A stretch of 64,000 bases of DNA, from contig JAMWBK010000003.1 of NCBI GenBank assembly GCA_029953675.1, positions 1,550,001-1,614,000 of the forward strand, in the 5' to 3' direction. How positions within the stretch are numbered: the stretch's first letter is position 1; the number at the start of each line of letters is the position of its first letter. The stretch comes from Rhodosorus marinus CCMP1338. Its lineage: Eukaryota; Plantae; Rhodophyta. Positions 61,540-64,000 of this stretch are shown piece by piece. The notes under the pieces were generated by a model. That model did not search any database. It saw nothing but the letters and a program-made list of their open reading frames with translations, and was not told the origin of the DNA. The position numbers and the translations under genes are program-made.

Positions 61540-62034
61540 TCATACTCCGAAGCTTTGTCCACATCCACATGTAGAAGTGGCTTTGGGGTTGAAGAATTTG
61601 AAACCTCCTCCTACCAAGTCAGTGCTGAAATCCAAGGTCATCCCAAACATGTACATGAGGCTTTTCACGTCGCAAACGATTTTCATCCCGGAGACCTCAG
61701 TTACTTCATCGAACTTTTCGATATTGTCAGAAGTATCAAATTCCATATAGTAAGACAATCCGGAGCATCCTCCCTGTCTAACTCCAACACGAAGACAATC
61801 CTTCCCGTTCGAATCCCTCAGCATCGTCAACTGCTTCGTCGCCGTGTCCGTCACAGCAATGAACGCAGTCGGCTCATCCGTAGGCGCCACAGTCTCCATC
61901 TCCAGAGACGCACGAACAACCACAGCCCGCTTCAACCCATGCTTCCCACTAAATCTCCCCGACGCACGTGAAACAGACCTCGTCCCACCCCTCACCCCTA
62001 CAACTTCAAGAACTCCGCCACTAACAAACGCCAT
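61540..62034 (-). CDS. sufA: A-type Fe-S carrier protein SufA/IscA (HesB family), plastid-targeted, intronless
   Basis: MAFV transit peptide; LRVGVRQGGCSGLSY; GMTLDFSTDLVGGGFKFFNPKATSTCGCGQSF (C...CGCG). Confidence 0.93.
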   Translation of the reverse strand: MAFVSGGVLEVVGVRGGTRSVSRASGRFSGKHGLKRAVVVRASLEMETVAPTDEPTAFIAVTDTATKQLTMLRDSNGKDCLRVGVRQGGCSGLSYYMEFDTSDNIEKFDEVTEVSGMKIVCDVKSLMYMFGMTLDFSTDLVGGGFKFFNPKATSTCGCGQSFGV

Positions 62035-63135
62035 CGAATCAATCTCACCCACACACCTAATCCTGCTCCAAAATTTTATTTTGAAGCCACAAAATTTTCA
62101 AGAAAAGAATTCTCACTTCAAAGACCTCAAAAACTAGACACAAGCAAAGTCACCGCACGCCCTCCCCGCCTCCTAAAAAACTAAAAGATCTCGTCCTAAT
62201 ATCCCCTTTCACACACCAACCTCTTCATCCCCATCAAATTTCGAACCCCTGAAATTGCACACCCACAAAGCGCCTCTTCATCATCCCCCTTTTCACGCCA
62301 TGTAGAAAACATAATTAATTAAAGAAAAAATCCACAAACAGCCTGTCTTATCTTAAGGACAGATTGTCCACTGACTCTCTCGGAGAATACGAAAAATAAA
62401 TAAAACTTAATGCACAGCCTGTCAAACGCAAATTTGTTTTGGGACAGCCTGTCTGGAGCTGTCTTTAGTTGGATTTTTTGTTGTTTTTTTGGTTCGAGGG
62501 TTGGTTCCCTGCTTTGGCCTTCAGTAATAGGTGAAGAGAGCTTAGCTCCGTACTCGTAGTGCTATTTTGTATAGTACAAGACTGATCAACCAGACCGATC
62601 GAAATCAAGCAACATTGCCCCTAAAGCAGCCTACAAACCAGTCTGGTTTTTTTGTTCTTGCTTTGATAGTCTTGTACTCTGGTTTACACTGTCATCAGGT
62701 TTAATGTCAAGCTAGAATAAATCTTTTTGGTATCTGATTAGACCGATCTATGCAGTGTGGTGCTTCTCCACGCGACCCCTCCGGCAGAAGTGCTGAAATT
62801 GGAACCACAGATTTCAAGCAGCCGATTATTCGGTACGTTTGTACAGCTGGAGGGCCCATCGGGTGGTAGCGAAGCCCTTGTGCTCGAGACAAAAGTTCAG
62901 GTGGCGATGCAGCAGAACCAACGGGCAGACTTTCCTAGAAAAACCCCGCTCTCCCACAGGCGCTGCTTGAGCTCATTATATCAGCGTTTAGAAGCTGCGT
63001 ACATTTGGCGTAAATGATTCCACAGGCGGTCCAGCCTTTAAAGCTTAAATAGTCGTTGATTACAGGTATGAGCAGCCCGCAAAGCGGACACGACCTGTAC
63101 TTCGCTGGACTTCTCAAGTTCTACCGCAAATTCCG

Positions 63136-64000
63136 TTATTGTTGCCAGCAGGAAGAGCTGATGCTCTTGCTCTTGTCAGATGCCGGCTGGGGCGTGCTCG
63201 AAGGCGTGGTCGATGGCGTAGTCGATGGCGTAGTCGATGGCGTACTTGTATGTGTCGCCTTGCGAGTCTGCCGAGGAGCCCGTGTGGCCTGACCTCTGCT
63301 TTTGCTTACTTCCATCTCGTGCAGCTTTTTGGCGAGCTTGTAATCCTCATCTTCGTCCTGATTTGAGCTGGACGCTTCACCGCCTGTGGTCGTACTGGGC
63401 TTGGGCGCCTTCGATTTGGGTTTTAAAACCTTCCGATTTTCCTCTGCTTGCAGACGCTCAGCCAGGTCTTGGTCTTTCCTATCCACTCCTCGGAATGGAT
63501 CATAAGCCTGTCATCCAGTGGACACGTTCAGCCCTTGGACAAGATTAAAAAAGTTGGCCTGGTAGATACTCACTACCAAGTCAAAGTTGAAGAATTGGGA
63601 TTCGCCATGAATCCCAATGAATTTGTCCCATACGATCTCCGGTTCGTGCAGATAACCCTGAAACATTGCAGTCCTACTTGTTACCAATTTGCCCAGGACG
63701 TTCCGAGCAAGCTTTTTGGCGCAACTTACCAGGTCGGAAACGAGCAGAAACAGTTTCCCGTCTCGTCTGGTCAAGGTCGAGAAGTGGTTGTTTCGGAAGA
63801 AGACGCAGATTTCGTTCTCTCCGACTACGGAAGACAGTGCGTGAAACCCGTGAAGGGTTAGCTGGGAAGGATTATCTTCCAGGAAGTCACGCGCCAGCTT
63901 TGCTATTACTTGTCTTTTTGAACTCTCTTCCGAATTCATCCCATTTTCCTGAGCATTTTTTCTTCATGCGTCAATAAACACTTTCCAGGAGCTTGCTGCG
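63136..64000 (-). CDS. MINDY-1/2 family deubiquitinase, 3' part (5' end lies beyond the window)
   Basis: SQLTLHGF, CVFFRNNHFSTL (catalytic His), LFLLVSDL/GYLHEPEIVW, two MIU-like helices (DQDLAERLQAEE, DEDYKLAKKLHEME), STTP repeats, and the terminal CWQQ-stop. Confidence 0.9.

Noticed and set aside
62800-63110. Possible UBZ4 zinc finger (CPLCG...HLNFC) downstream of MINDY
   Set aside because: It would need a non-consensus GC donor and lies after the in-frame MINDY stop; there is no supporting splice path.

Overview
Gene-dense eukaryotic nuclear DNA with short (about 60-150 nt) GT-AG introns. It is most likely from a unicellular red alga: this is inferred from MAFV-type plastid transit peptides and plastid-type genes (SufA, PpiC-rhodanese, VTE7-like hydrolase) alongside compact introns. 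Recognisable genes, in order: TBP; a BACK-like/CUB-like protein; a conserved membrane protein; two convergent AMT1-type ammonium transporters; a VTE7-like alpha/beta hydrolase; a cN-II 5'-nucleotidase; a PpiC-rhodanese protein; a C2H2 zinc-finger protein; a SnoaL/NTF2-like protein; a beta-carbonic anhydrase; mitochondrial RRF; a SEC-C/YchJ protein; a Nudix hydrolase; a MATE transporter; PABP; a spliced CHTOP/UIEF-like export adaptor whose second exon is missing from the ORF track; SufA/IscA; and the 3' part of a MINDY deubiquitinase. I found no CRISPR array, intact transposon or rRNA. The most unusual features are: (1) a 3 x ~233 bp array upstream of the nucleotidase gene that is partly built from one of that gene's own exons plus its splice acceptor; (2) two further degenerate triplicated arrays; (3) residue-level divergence between the two AMT paralogues; (4) an altered MLLE motif and long acidic N-terminus in PABP. 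All homology calls come from motif recognition by eye, not database searches. Intron coordinates were inferred from splice signals and frame continuity.
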